From NCBI GenBank assembly GCA_002269645.1, contig NIVC01001392.1, positions 1 through 64,000 on the forward strand: DNA of 64,000 nucleotides, in the 5' to 3' direction. The notes beneath the pieces were generated by a model. It saw only the letters and a list, made by a program, of their open reading frames with translations. It did no database searches and was not told the origin of the DNA. How positions within the stretch are numbered: position 1 is the stretch's first letter; each line of letters opens with the position of its first letter. Position numbers and translations under genes: made by a program. Positions 37,938 to 50,801 of this stretch are shown here, one piece after another. Origin of the DNA: Macrostomum lignano. Its lineage: Eukaryota.

Positions 37938-40900
37938 AAGAAAAAGCAGACCATCTCGCAGTCGGAGACTGTCACCACGGAGTCCTTGATCGACCTGGTC
38001 GACGACCGGTGGCCTCTCAGCGACATTGCTGTCGACGCAGCGCCGACATCGACTGACGTTGCCGAAGTCGACGAAGACGCCGACGACATTGAAGAGGATG
38101 GAACTGACGTCGATCGGCGGCCGCTGGTGCCGCCACGCGATGGCGTCGGGTGCGGCGACGAAATCGATGAGAACGTCGACGGCGGCGGCGACGTCGAGCT
38201 TCGCGGCCACCGCCGTCTCTGGCGAGGTCGTCAGGCTTTGCGAAATCGGCGTCATCACCGACGACTTCTGGCTGGCTGCCCCTTGACCGCCGCCGTCGCT
38301 ACCGCCACGCCACGGCCACCATCGCTACCATAGTCCTGCTCGCCACTGCCGCTGCCTACGCTCTGCACCGATCGAACTCGGCTGCGACCTCAGCGACGGC
38401 TTCTCAGCGGACGCTGCCAGCCGAGGCCGCCTGTTCGAGCATCAGCGTGCAGTCCGTCTGGCGTCGGGTGTTCCCGCGGCTGAGCACTGGCGGCCCGCTG
38501 CGCCTGCTGGACGTCAATCAAGACGGCGTGCCGGATGTGATTCTCACGTTTGGCCAAGGTGATTTGTTATATTGCATAACTGCTCCAATAAATAATTTTA
38601 GATGTTTCCATGGCAACATCCCTCTGTCACCATAGCAACAGCCGTTTTATATATCACGCAAAATCTACCCGTGCTACCATGGCAATACACCCGTGTCATA
38701 TTGACATTCTAAAATCATTATCGACATCTGGGTTGTCATAGCAACCTCAGGTTTCCATAGCAACCGTCCCGCGTCCTCAAAGAAGTTAATATTACTCCAA
38801 CTTCGATCCCAGACTTCGACAGGTTGGTACCGATGGGTGCTGATTGCTCAGATTCGACAACGCCGGCCTCAGCCTGCGCAGGCGGCATCGAAGCTCTGGA
38901 CGGCGCCACCGGGCGGACCATCTGGCGGAGCCGACTGGAGCAGCGACCGATGGCCGTCAGCTGCGAGGCCGACCTCAACAAGGACGGCCTGCCGGACTGC
39001 CTGGTTGGCGGACGCGGCGGGGTGAGTCTGATGTTTATTGCTGACTGAGTCTGATGTTTATTGCTGACTGAGTCTGATGTTTATTGCTGACTGAGTCTGA
39101 TGTTTATTGCTGACTGAGTCTGATGTTTATTGCTGACTGAGTCTGATGTTTATTGCTGACTGAGTCTGATGTTTATTGCTGACTGAGTCTGATGTTTATT
39201 GCTGACTGAGTCTGATGTTTATTGCTGACTGAGTCTGATGTTTATTGCTGACTGAGTCTGATGTTTATTGCTGACTGAGTCTGATGTTTATTGCTGACTG
39301 AGTCTGATGTTTATTGCTGACTGAGTCTGATGTTTATTGCTGACTGAGTCTGATGTTTATTGCTGACTGAGTCTGATGTTTATTGCTGACTGAGTCTGAT
39401 GTTTATTGCTGACTGAGTCTGATGTTTATTGCTGACTGAGTCTGATGTTTATTGCTGACTGAGTCTGATGTTTATTGCTGACTGAGTCTGATGTTTATTG
39501 CTGACTGAGTCTGATGTTTATTGCTGACTGAGTCTGATGTTTATTGCTGACTGAGTCTGATGTTTATTGCTGCCTGAGGCTGCTGTTTATTGCTGACTGA
39601 GGCTGCTGTTTATTGCTGCCTGAGGCTGCTGTTTGGGCCTTTCGCACGGAAATTGGCCCACGATTTGTTGGGCGATTCAAGACCAACCAAAGCACAAGGC
39701 ATGGACTCTGCTTTGCATACAATGCCCTCAGCTGTTGTCCGCCCATGATGCGGCAACGGGCGCCCGCCTCTGGCGCTCGCTGGTCACCCGAGGCCGCAAG
39801 GCTTACTTCACCGCGCAGCCCATCGGCGACGTGGACGACGACGGGGTGCCGGATTTTGTTCAGACGAGGGGCGGTGGAGGCGACGACCTTGACGAACTGC
39901 CGCCCAAGGGCGAACTGCTACTGCTGTCGGGCGCTACCGGGGCGGAGACGGCCTGGCAGTATGTCCCGGACAGGCGGCCGGTCCACCTGCCGCCACAAAT
40001 TGTTCGGCTGGCCGACAATGGACGCGGCAGTGATGACGGATCAAGAAGGATTCTATTTTCAACTGGCGGCGACTTTGAAGACGGTGACCGACAAGGCGGG
40101 GCGCTGTACCTGCTGCGATTGAAGACTTTCCTGCTTTCTGGAGAGGCAGCTAAGGTATGCGGCAGTGGGTGTAGCAGTGGCAATAGCAGTGGCAGTAGCA
40201 GTGGTAGTAGCAGTGGCAGTAGCAGTGGCAGTAGCAGTGGCAGTGGCAGTAGCAGTGGCAGTGGCAGTGGCAGTAGCAGTGGCAGTAGCAGTGGCAGTGG
40301 CAGTAGCAGTAGCAGTAGCAGTGGCAGTAGCAATGGCAGTAGCAGTGGCAGTGGCGGTGGCAGTAGCAGTGGCAGTGGCAGTGGCAGTAGCAGTGGCAGT
40401 GGCAGTAGCAGTGGCAGTAGCAGTAGCAGTGGCAGTAGCAGTGGCAGTGGCAGTGGCAGCGGCAGTGGCAGTGGCAGTAGCAGTGGCAGTGGCAGTAGCA
40501 GTGGCAGTGGCAGTGGCAGTAGCAGTAGCAGTGGCAGTGGCAGTAGCAGTAGCAGTAGCAGTGGCAGTAGCAGTGGCAGTGGCGGCGGCAGTAGCAGTAG
40601 CAGTGGCAGTGGCAGTGGCAGTGGCAGTGGCAGTGGCAGTGGCAGTGGCAGTAGCAGTGGCAGTAGCTGTGGCAGTAGCAGTAGCAGTGGCAGTAGCAGT
40701 GGCAGTGGCAGTGGCAGCGGCAGTGGCAGTGGCAGTGGCAGTAGCAGTGGCAGTGGCAGCGGCAGTGGCAGTGGCAGCGGCAGTGGCAGAAAATCTCCAA
40801 GAATTTTTTAGGGTCTTCCCCGCATCAATCTAACGTTACCGTGTCCATACGAAGTCTTTCAAAGATTAGTAGTACTCAGCAACCGTATCTGCCAACCTCC

Positions 40901-43900
40901 TGTGCATTATCTGCCCCATCTGCTGTAGAAACCAGAGCTCGGTACAGAAGAAATAGTACATGTAGGTCCGGTCCAGCAGCTCAGAAGCATTTTCTAAGCA
41001 TACTGCATGCTTTCTAAATCCTGTGCTTCTAGAAGCGAGTTCTCTCTCGGGAAATATTTTTTCGCAGCAAGGGAAGGATTCTTGCATCTCGCGAGGCATG
41101 CCTAGCTAACTATTTTTCGGCTTATCTAAAGAAGCCATGCTTGCTTCTCTTGTCCAAGCCATAGCACAGATGCACTTAACGCATATAGGCTTGGCCAGTT
41201 TCCTGCTTACAACATTTCAGCTTTCCTTCTATCAAATTTATGACTCAAAGCCTTACGAATAACAGAAGCCCCAACGCTTATTGCTATAGAAGACTGGGGA
41301 TTGACTGCCAAGTATTGAGCTTTTCCCGCCTGAATATCTTCTAAACAGGGCCGTCAGCCAGATTAGCCATTGCACTCACTGCAAGCAGCTTGTTGCAGCC
41401 AGCTTCTAGCAGCAGTCACAGGGACCCTCATTGCTGGCGCCCCCTCTGTAGCTGGCGCCCCCTCTGTAGCTGGCGCCCCTCTCTGTAGCTGGCGCCTCTC
41501 TCTGTAGCTGGCACCCTTTCTGTAGCTGGCGCCCCTCTCTGTAGCTGGCGCCCCTCTCTGTAGCTGGCGCCTCTCTCTGTAGCTGGCACCCTTTCTGTAG
41601 CTGGCGCCCCTCTCTGTAGCTGGCGCCCCTTCTGTAGCTGGCGCCCCTCTCTGTAGCTGGTGCCCCTGCTGTAGCTGGTGCCCCTCTCTGTAGCTGGCGC
41701 CCTTTCTGTAGCTGGCGCCCCTTCTGTAGCTGGCGCCCCTCTCTGTTGCTGGCGCCCCTCTCTGTAGCTAGCGCCCTTTCTGTAGCTGGCGCCCTTTCTG
41801 TAGCTGGCGCCTCTCCTGTAGCTGGCGCCCCTCCTGTAGCTGGCGCCCCTTCTGTAGTTGGCGCCCCTCTCTGTAGCTGGCGTCCCTTCAGAAGATATTT
41901 AGCTCAAATGGCTAGAAAATCCCTTGTGGTGAAAATTTGCGGCTGGCCAAGAGCTACAAATACTGAGAAGAATTTCCGACATAGGCCAGAATATTATCGT
42001 ATGTTGTCCACTATTAGTAGGAAAAAAGATATATAAAAATTTATTTTATTTATTTATTAAAATTTGAATACCTTTCGGCAGACCGCCCCCGTCATATCAG
42101 GCGTGTCGCACAAAGGCCCGCTAGGCGGCCCGGCCACCCTGGCCGATTTAAACTCGGACAGCCGGCCGGAGCTGATCCTGCCGCTGCTCAACGGCTCCGT
42201 GATGGCCGCTGATGTTACGCATCTTTTCGGTAGCCAAAGGCGCGTGCGGTCAACCGTTTGGCGCGCAGATTTGCCCGGTAGCGTCAAAGGCGCGGAGGTT
42301 CGGTGGGCCCTGGCGCCGGGATTCTTCAGCCAAGACCGGGTGCCGGACTTTTTTGTGCAATACTGCGTGGGGCCTGGATATCCGGTCTACAGGAGTCAGA
42401 GAGTGAGTGCGGGAGTGCTGTTGGTCACTCTGTTAATCCTGAATGTCACTCTGTTGATTCTAAATGTAGTACACTAAGTTTGAATCCTGGTGTCGCTCTG
42501 TTGATCCTGATATCACTCTGTTGATCCTGACGTCACTCTGTTGATCCTGACGTCACTCTGTTGATCCTGACGTCACTCTGTTGATCCTGACGTCACTCTG
42601 TTGATCCTGACGTCACTCTGTTGATCCTGATGTCACTCTGTTGATCCTAATGTCACTCTGTTGATCCTGACGTCACTCTGTTGATCCTGACGTCACTCTG
42701 TTGATCCTGATGTCACTCTGTTGATCCTGACGTCACTCTGTTGATCCTGATGTCACTCTGTTGATCCTGACGTCACTCTGTTGATCCTGATGTCACTCTG
42801 TTGATCCTAATGTCACTCTGTTGATCCTGATGTCACTCTGTTGATCCTGATGTCACTCTGTTGATCCTGACGTCACTCTGTTGATCCTGATGTCACCCTG
42901 TTGATCCTGATGTCACCCTGTTGATCCTGATGTCACTCTGTTGATCCCGATGTCACCCTGTTGATCCTGATGTCACTCTGTTGATCCTGATGTCACTCTG
43001 TTGATCCTGACGTCACTCTGTTGATCCTGACGCCACTCTGTTGATCCTGATGTCACTCTGTTGATCCTGATGTCACTCTGTTATTCCTAATGTCACTCTG
43101 TTGATCCTGATATCACTCTGTTGATCCTGACGTCACTCTGTTGATCCTGACGTCACTCTGTTGATCCTGATGTCACTCTGTTGATCCTGACGTCACTCTG
43201 TTGATCCTAATGTCACTCTGTTGATCCTGATGTCACTCTGTTGATCCTGACGTCACTCTGTTGATCCTAATGTCACTCTGTTGATCCTGATGTCACTCTG
43301 TTGATCCTGATGTCACTCTGTTGATCCTGACGTCACTCTGTTGATCCTGATGTCACCCTGTTGATCCTGATGTCACTCTGTTGATCCCGATGTCACCCTG
43401 TTGATCCTGATGTCACTCTGTTGATCCTGATGTCACTCTGTTGATCCTGACGTCACTCTGTTGATCCTGACGCCACTCTGTTGATCCTGATGTCACTCTG
43501 TTGATCCTGATGTCACTCTGTTATTCCTAATGTCACTCTGTTGATCCTGATGTCACTCTGTTGATCCTAATGTCACTCTGTTGATCCTGATGTCACTCTG
43601 TTGATCCTGACGTCACTCTGTTGATCCTGATATCACTCTGTTGATCCTGACGTCACTCTGTTGATCCTGACGTCACTCTGTTGATCCTGACGTCACTCTG
43701 TTGATCCTGACGTCACTCTGTTGATCCTGACGCCACTCTGTTGATCCTGATGTCACTCTGTTGATCCTGACGCCACTCTGTTGATCCTGATGTCACTCTG
43801 TTGATCCTGATGTCACTCTGTTATTCCTAATGTCACTCTGTTGATCCTGATGTCACTCTGTTGATCCTAATGTCACTCTGTTGATCCTGATGTCACTCTG

Positions 43901-46900
43901 TTGATCCTGACGTCACTCTGTTGATCCTGATATCACTCTGTTGATCCTGACGTCACTCTGTTGATCCTGACGTCACTCTGTTGATCCTGACGTCACTCTG
44001 TTGATCCTGACGTCACTCTGTTGATCCTGACGCCACTCTGTTGATCCTGATGTCACTCTGTTGATCCTGACGCCACTCTGTTGATCCTGATGTCACTCTG
44101 TTGATCCTGACGTCACTCTGTTGATCCTGATGTCACCCTGTTGATCCTGATGTCACTCTGTTGATCCTGATGTCACTCTGTTGATCCTGATGTCACTCTG
44201 TTATTCCTAATGTCACTCTGTTGATCCTGATGTCACTCTGTTGATCCTAATGTCACTCTGTTGATCCTGATGTCACTCTGTTGATCCTGACGTCACTCTG
44301 TTGATCCTGACGTCACTCTGTTGATCCTGACGTCACTCTGTTGATCCTGATGTCACCCTGTTGATCCTGATGTCACTCTGTTATTCCTAATGTCACTCTG
44401 TTGATCCTGACGTCACTCTGTTGATCCTGACGCCACTCTGTTGATCCTGATGTCACTCTGTTGATCCTGATGTCACTCTGTTATTCCTAATGTCACTCTG
44501 TTGATCCTGATATCACTCTGTTGATCCTGACGTCACTCTGTTGATCCTGACGTCACTCTGTTGATCCTGATGTCACTCTGTTGATCCTGACGTCACTCTG
44601 TTGATCCTAATGTCACTCTGTTGATCCTGACGTCACTCTGTTGATCCCAATGTCACTCTGTTGATCCTGACGTCACTCTGTTGATCCTGATGTCACCCTG
44701 TTGATCCTGATGTCACTCTGTTATTCCTAATGTCACTCTGTTGATCCTGACGTCACTCTGTTGATCCTGACGCCACTCTGTTGATCCTGATGTCACTCTG
44801 TTGATCCTGATGTCACTCTGTTATTCCTAATGTCACTCTGTTGATCCTGATATCACTCTGTTGATCCTGACGTCACTCTGTTGATCCTGACGTCACTCTG
44901 TTGATCCTGATGTCACTCTGTTGATCCTGACGTCACTCTGTTGATCCTGACGTCACTCTGTTGATCCTGATGTCACTCTGTTGATCCTAATGTCACTCTG
45001 TTGATCCTGATGTCACTCTGTTGATCCTGATGTCACTCTGTTGATCCTGACGTCACTCTGTTGATCCTGACGTCACTCTGTTGATCCTGATGTCACCCTG
45101 TTGATCCTGATGTCACTCTGTTGATCCCGATGTCACCCTGTTGATCCTGATGTCACTCTGTTGATCCTGATGTCACTCTGTTGATCCTGACGTCACTCTG
45201 TTGATCCTGACGCCACTCTGTTGATCCTGATGTCACTCTGTTGATCCTGATGTCACTCTGTTATTCCTAATGTCACTCTGTTGATCCTGATGTCACTCTG
45301 TTGATCCTAATGTCACTCTGTTGATCCTGATGTCACTCTGTTGATCCTGACGTCACTCTGTTGATCCTGATATCACTCTGTTGATCCTGACGTCACTCTG
45401 TTGATCCTGACGTCACTCTGTTGATCCTGACGTCACTCTGTTGATCCTGACGTCACTCTGTTGATCCTGACGCCACTCTGTTGATCCTGATGTCACTCTG
45501 TTGATCCTGACGCCACTCTGTTGATCCTGATGTCACTCTGTTGATCCTGACGTCACTCTGTTGATCCTGATGTCACCCTGTTGATCCTGATGTCACTCTG
45601 TTGATCCTGATGTCACTCTGTTGATCCTGATGTCACTCTGTTATTCCTAATGTCACTCTGTTGATCCTGATGTCACTCTGTTGATCCTAATGTCACTCTG
45701 TTGATCCTGATGTCACTCTGTTGATCCTGACGTCACTCTGTTGATCCTGACGCCACTCTGTTGATCCTGATGTCACTCTGTTGATCCTGATGTCACTCTG
45801 TTATTCCTAATGTCACTCTGTTGATCCTGATGTCACTCTGTTGATCCTAATGTCACTCTGTTGATCCTGATGTCACTCTGTTGATCCTGACGTCACTCTG
45901 TTGATCCTGATATCACTCTGTTGATCCTGACGTCACTCTGTTGATCCTGACGTCACTCTGTTGATCCTGACGTCACTCTGTTGATCCTGACGTCACTCTG
46001 TTGATCCTGACGCCACTCTGTTGATCCTGATGTCACTCTGTTGATCCTGACGCCACTCTGTTGATCCTGATGTCACTCTGTTGATCCTGACGTCACTCTG
46101 TTGATCCTGATGTCACCCTGTTGATCCTGATGTCACTCTGTTGATCCTGATGTCACTCTGTTGATCCTGATGTCACTCTGTTATTCCTGATGTCACTCTG
46201 TTTATCCTGATGTCACTCTGTTATTCCTAATGTCACTCTGTTGATCCTGATGTCACTCTGTTGATCCTGACGTCACTCTGTTGATCCTGATGTCACTCTG
46301 TTGATCCTGACGTCACTCTGTTGATCCCAATGTCACTCTGTTCATTTTAATGTCACTCTGTTGATCCTGATGTCACTCTGTTGATCCTGACGTCACTTTG
46401 TTGATCCTGACGCCACTCTGTTGATCCTGATGTCACTCTGTTGATCCTGACGTCACTTTGTTGATCCTGACGCCACTCTGTTGATCCTGACGTCACTCTG
46501 TTGATCCTGATGTCACCCTGTTGATTCTGATGTCACTCTGTTGATCCTGATGTCACCCTGTTGATCCTGATGTCACTCTGTTGATCCTGATGTCACCCTG
46601 TTGATCCTAACGTCACCCTGTTGATCCCGATGTCACCCTGTTGATCCCGATGTCACCCTGTTGATCCTGATGTCACTCTATCGATCATTCTATCATCCTA
46701 CTAACAATTTTTTTAACTCATTTCAACGCCGACTCTCTCAGTTCGTCGTTCTCGACGGTTCCACCGGCCGGGTGATCAAAGAGTTGCCGCCTGCCGAGGC
46801 CGCGGTTGGCATCGCTGGATCGCTCGGCTCCCCGCTGACCGTGTCATTCGAGGGAGTCGGTCAGGACCTGTTCCTGCACTGGCGGCTTGACTGTCGCAGG

Positions 46901-49026
46901 CGGAGGACGTCGGGTGAGACTTGGCCGACTGTTTGATTGGCACTCTGTTTACGCTAAATGTTATTCTGGTTAATCTGAAATGCCACTTGATCTTACTCGT
47001 ACATGTCACTAACTCTAATTATTATGTTACCCTGTTATGTATAATGTCACTCTGTTGATTATAGTGTCACTCTGTTGATTTTAGTGTCACTCTGTTGGTA
47101 ATAACGTCACTCTGTTGATTATAGTGTCACTCTGTTTATTGTAGTGTCACTCTGTTGATAACAACGTCATTTTGTTGATTATAGTGTCACTCTGTTGATT
47201 ATAGTGTCACTCTGTTGATTAGTGTCACTCTGTTGATTAGTGTCACTCTGTTGATTATAGTGTCACTCTGTTGATTATAGTGTCACTCTGTTGATTATAG
47301 TGTCACTCTCTCCCCACTTTTCTTAGGCGCCGCAAAATGGCTGCCCTGTTGGCGAAGATTCAACGCGAACTCGGCCGCTCAGCTGTTGCTGGTTGGCCAG
47401 CACATCCCGGCGTCTGGCGTCACCGTCTACGATGAACGTGAGTTTATCGCTGTGTCTGTTGGTTCCGGTCGCTGTGTCTGCGGCTTCCGGTGACTGTGCC
47501 TGTGAGTTCCAAGTCACTGTTTCTGTGGGTCCCGGTGACTGTGCCTGTGGCTTCCGGTCACTGTGTCTGTGCGTTCCGGTGACTGTGTCTGTGGGTTCCG
47601 GTCACTGTGTCTGTGGGTTCCGGTCACTGTGTCTGTGGGTTCCGGTCACTGTGTCTGTGGGTTCCGGTCACTGTGCCTGTGGGTTCCGGTCACTGTGCCT
47701 GTGGGTTCCGGTCACTGTGCCTGTGGGTTCCAGTTTTGGGCGGGATTACACAGTGTTTCTGGTCAATGCATCTTTTAGATTCAGTTAATTTAAGTTTGTA
47801 TAATTTCATGTTAGCTATGTCAGTGAGAAAACTGCCACTGCATTCCCCCTTCGTTAGGCGCTGAAAATGACAGCTCATCAGACCGGCCCTTAGCAACCAC
47901 AGGCACTTTGGCGCCGCCAGTCAATCGAAATTCCCACGGCAACGACGGCAGTAGCAGCATCGATGCGGTGTTCGCCGTTGCCTCCACTGCGGATGACCCA
48001 GCCAGTCAGGAGCAAACTTGCCTGGACAGTTACCTGAGCCGCTCGGCTGATAGGTTTAATAGAGCCAGTAAGTGGCACTGTTTCGAGGAAATCTTGATAG
48101 ATAATTGGGTGGAAATTTCCTAAGCCAAGCCTGGTCATCTCTCTATCTCGCAGGCAAGAGCCACGGCATGAGTGCGCGGCGCTACAGAGCTATGGCTATG
48201 CGACGCTGTTCTCAAAAGTTCAATAAAATTTATTCCACTCACAATATAAATAGCGACCGGTTTGCTAGCAAGTTTAAACAGCTGGTTGTCTATCGGTGAG
48301 TGAAGTGATGGTGTTTATCTGTGAGTGAAGTGATAGTGTTTATCTGTGAGTGAAGTGATGGTGTTTATCTGTGAGTGAAGTGATGGTGTTTATCTGTGAG
48401 TGAAGTGGTGTTTATCTGTGAGTGAGGTGATGGTGTTAATCTGTGAGTGAGTGAGTGAAGTGCTGGTGTTTATCTGTGAGTGAAGTGATGGTTTTATCTG
48501 TGAGTGAAGTGATGGTGTTTATCTGTGAGTGAGTGAGTGAATTGATAGTGTTTATCTGTGAGTGAAGTGATGGTTTTATCTGTGAGTGAAGTGATGGTGT
48601 TTATCTATGAGTGAGTGAGTGAATTGATAGTGTTTGTCTGTGAGTGAAGTGATGGTTTTATCTGTGAGTGAAGTGATGGTGTTTATCTGTGAGTGACGTG
48701 TTTGTGTTTATCTGTGTATGAAGTGCTGGTGTTTATCTGTGAGTGACGTGTTGGTGTTTATCTGTGAGTGAAGTGATGGTGTTTATCTGTGTATGAAGTG
48801 CTGCTGTTTATCTGTGAGTGACGTGTTGGTGTTCTGTGAGTGAAGTGCTGGTGTTTACCAACCGCTTCTACTTACATGCACTCGCAGGCGACGTATCACC
48901 TGTCACTGCAATCGGAGGGCCAGAGTGAGCAACCGGAAGTGTCTCCGGATTCTCCCCTACTCAGAGCAGCGCTGGACAGCCTACATGGGCAACCGGGCCG
49001 ATGGCTACCTGAGAAATGCGCCCTGA
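37938..49026 (+). CDS. fam234: FAM234 (ITFG3-like) FG-GAP/beta-propeller type II membrane protein; exons 37938-38558, 38813-39021, 39732-40154, 42082-42402, 46742-46913, 47327-47437, 47858-48067, 48154-48295, 48888-49026; start exon uncertain; one frame break in the first exon
   Basis: Acidic N-terminus, then RRRRYRH followed by the TM segment ATATIATIVLLATAAAYAL. FG-GAP-type Ca-binding loops: DVNQDGVPDVI, DLNKDGLPDCL, DVDDDGVPDFV, DLNSDSRPELI. Also DG.TG...W repeats, GPGYPVY, and C-terminal EQRWTAYMGNRADGY. All splice phases are consistent from exon 2 to the TGA at 49024-49026. Confidence 0.85.
39023..39630. repeat. 23-bp minisatellite (GAGTCTGATGTTTATTGCTGACT), ~24 near-identical copies
   Basis: Begins within the GTGAGT donor at 39022. 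Confidence 0.97.
40160..40788. repeat. (GCAGTG/GCAGTA)n hexamer-type simple repeat in intron
   Basis: Begins 5 nt after the GTATGC donor at 40155; explains the Gly/Ser, Val/Ala and Cys/His ORFs. Confidence 0.96.
41432..41889. repeat. ~20-bp minisatellite (CTGTAGCTGGCGCCCCTCT)
   Basis: About 22 tandem copies with GGCGCC cores. Confidence 0.92.
42423..46678. repeat. 20-bp minisatellite (GTTGATCCTGAYGTCACTCT), ~210 copies
   Basis: Strict period of 20 with essentially no indels over about 4.1 kb. It has internal block duplications, e.g. 43381-43800 matches 45121-45540. Confidence 0.98.
47045..47308. repeat. 20-bp minisatellite variant (GTTGATTATAGTGTCACTCT)
   Basis: Related to the 42423-46678 unit but lies in the next intron. 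Confidence 0.9.
47448..47728. repeat. 22-bp minisatellite (GGGTTCCGGTCACTGTGTCTGT)
   Basis: About 12 copies starting about 10 nt after the donor at 47438. Confidence 0.9.
48296..48858. repeat. ~25-bp minisatellite (GTGAGTGAAGTGATGGTGTTTATCT)
   Basis: The first unit is the intron donor itself; about 22 copies. Confidence 0.93.
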
Positions 49027-49571
49027 TAAAAATCGAATGTTAATTGCTATTGATGAATAATTATGAGGAAAGTGAGCAGTATTTAACCAAATAATTGCGC
49101 TTTGTGAAACATTTGACCATTCGATCTAACTGTACTGCGGTGTACTTTTTACCCGTGTGATCAAGCCATATCTGTCATCAGTGGGATATACATACTATCT
49201 GATAATTTTACGGAGTCTAACCTCATTCTATATACTCATTCATTCATTCCATATCATATGCTTTAATTATATCTAACGTGGTGTCCTTTGGCCGACTACA
49301 TGAAGGAAAGTACATGTGACAATTTTTCAAGCGTTTCTTGCCCCTCTTGGGGCCATAGACAAAACAGATATACCTCGTGCATAAACAAGTACTTCCTCTG
49401 GTCATTGAAAACTTTACAGTTGGCTTCTGCTCTTATTAACAGTCTATTGATTTTTAGAGAGATAAGAAATAACTGCTAATTCACATAATTCAACAGACTC
49501 GTAGTGTTCTTTCTACAGTTCAAAACAAATAATTGATTAACACCTGCCCTATTAGGCAGATGTGCAACTGA

Positions 49572-49813
49572 CAGCTCAGCCGCAGCTATTGCGCGGCGCA
49601 TCTGAAGGCTGCGTAAGGATGCTCAGTACAAGGACTGAGGGTCGCCACACACATCCTGAATTAGCCCAGCTGGCACCCATTTTACAACTGGGTGAACTGA
49701 AGCAATGCAGAGTGAGTATCTTGCTCAAGGACACAAATTGTTCCGAATGGTTCGAGAATCGAACCCCCGACCTTCGCTCCGACGAGTCCGACGCTCCAAC
49801 CACTAGGCTACAA
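49572..49813 (-). mobile_element. tRNA-derived CORE-type SINE, copy 2
   Basis: The reverse complement of the 9935-10167 element is recognisable along its length: CAGCTCAGCCGCAGCTATTGCGCGGCGCATCTGAAGGCTGCGTA...GAATCGAACCCC...CACTAGGCTACAA. Confidence 0.8.
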
Positions 49814-50749
49814 CCTAGTTTAAGCTGTCTATGGCCTTACCCTATGGTTAAAAGAATATGACGGGGGAAGTAATTGGACACCCATTTCGGCCATAGACAG
49901 CGCTGCAATTGATTGTCCTCTTGCTCAGCTTACCAAGCAAGTGCAGTTGCTCAAAACTTATGAAACCGAAATTATTGTCACTTGTCACTTGTATTTGCTT
50001 TGTACTGACTCGTATGAAAATGGGCCATTGGACATGCAGAGTTTAATATACATATACATTTATTTAATATACATTCGGTACATTTACGACACCGAATTTA
50101 GCCTTCTTAGCTTCATCTTTCTGCATGAGCCTCATTCGTGAAGCTAAGTTGGGAATTCCTGCCTGCCGCCGCGGTGGCGGACTACGGATCGTGAGGAGCA
50201 CATACTGTATTAGACATGTAAAACTTCTCTGTTAAAGAACACCAGCATCAAACCAAACTTTTATTTAAGATAAACAGAAGTGACGGGGATGCGATGCAGA
50301 CCATTGCCTCCCTCCTAAATCCGCCCCTGCCAACACCAAAAGGAAAATCCAAAAAGGACGATCAACTAAATTGGCGAATAAGCACGCGTTTTATACAGTT
50401 TCTAAGAAACCTACGATAAAACAAAATGTCAAAGTAGATGTCAGGCGTTAGTAAATACCACTAACAAATATGAATAATTACTCTAATGAAAAAGATAAGA
50501 GATGATAGATATATTGTCTGTATTCAGACTAGAATATTATTAAAATCTTAGCTTTCTGTGCCGCAGTTTCAATTAAAAAAAGTATTTTAGTAGGTCACAT
50601 CATAAATTCCTTTTTCCTCCTTAATAGGCTTGGCATTTGCACTATCATCACGTAAATAAACAATAAAGTCTTATAACAATTTTGCTTTGCTTTCTCATCT
50701 TACATTTAAAGCCAGGGGATGCTAACCCTACGCCTATAAAAAAATTGTC

Positions 50750-50801
50750 TGCCCGGGCGAGGATCGAACTCACAACCTCCGCATTATAAGAAGTACAGCG
50801 C
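50750..50801 (-). pseudogene. tRNA-Ile(UAU)-like 3' fragment
   Basis: The minus strand reads GCGCTGTACTTCTTATAATGCGGAGGTTGTGAGTTCGATCCTCGCCCGGGCA, followed by a T7 run. It resembles the anticodon and T arms of eukaryotic tRNA-Ile(UAU); the 5' half is absent. Confidence 0.45.

Noticed and set aside
40150-40833. Cys/His-rich metallothionein-like ORF (-) and poly-Val/Ala ORF (+)
   Set aside because: Alternative frames of the GCAGTG/GCAGTA simple repeat.
49824-49901. 13-bp inverted repeat GCTGTCTATGGCC / GGCCATAGACAGC around 52 bp
   Set aside because: Too short to call an element without genome-wide copies, and no TSD is evident.
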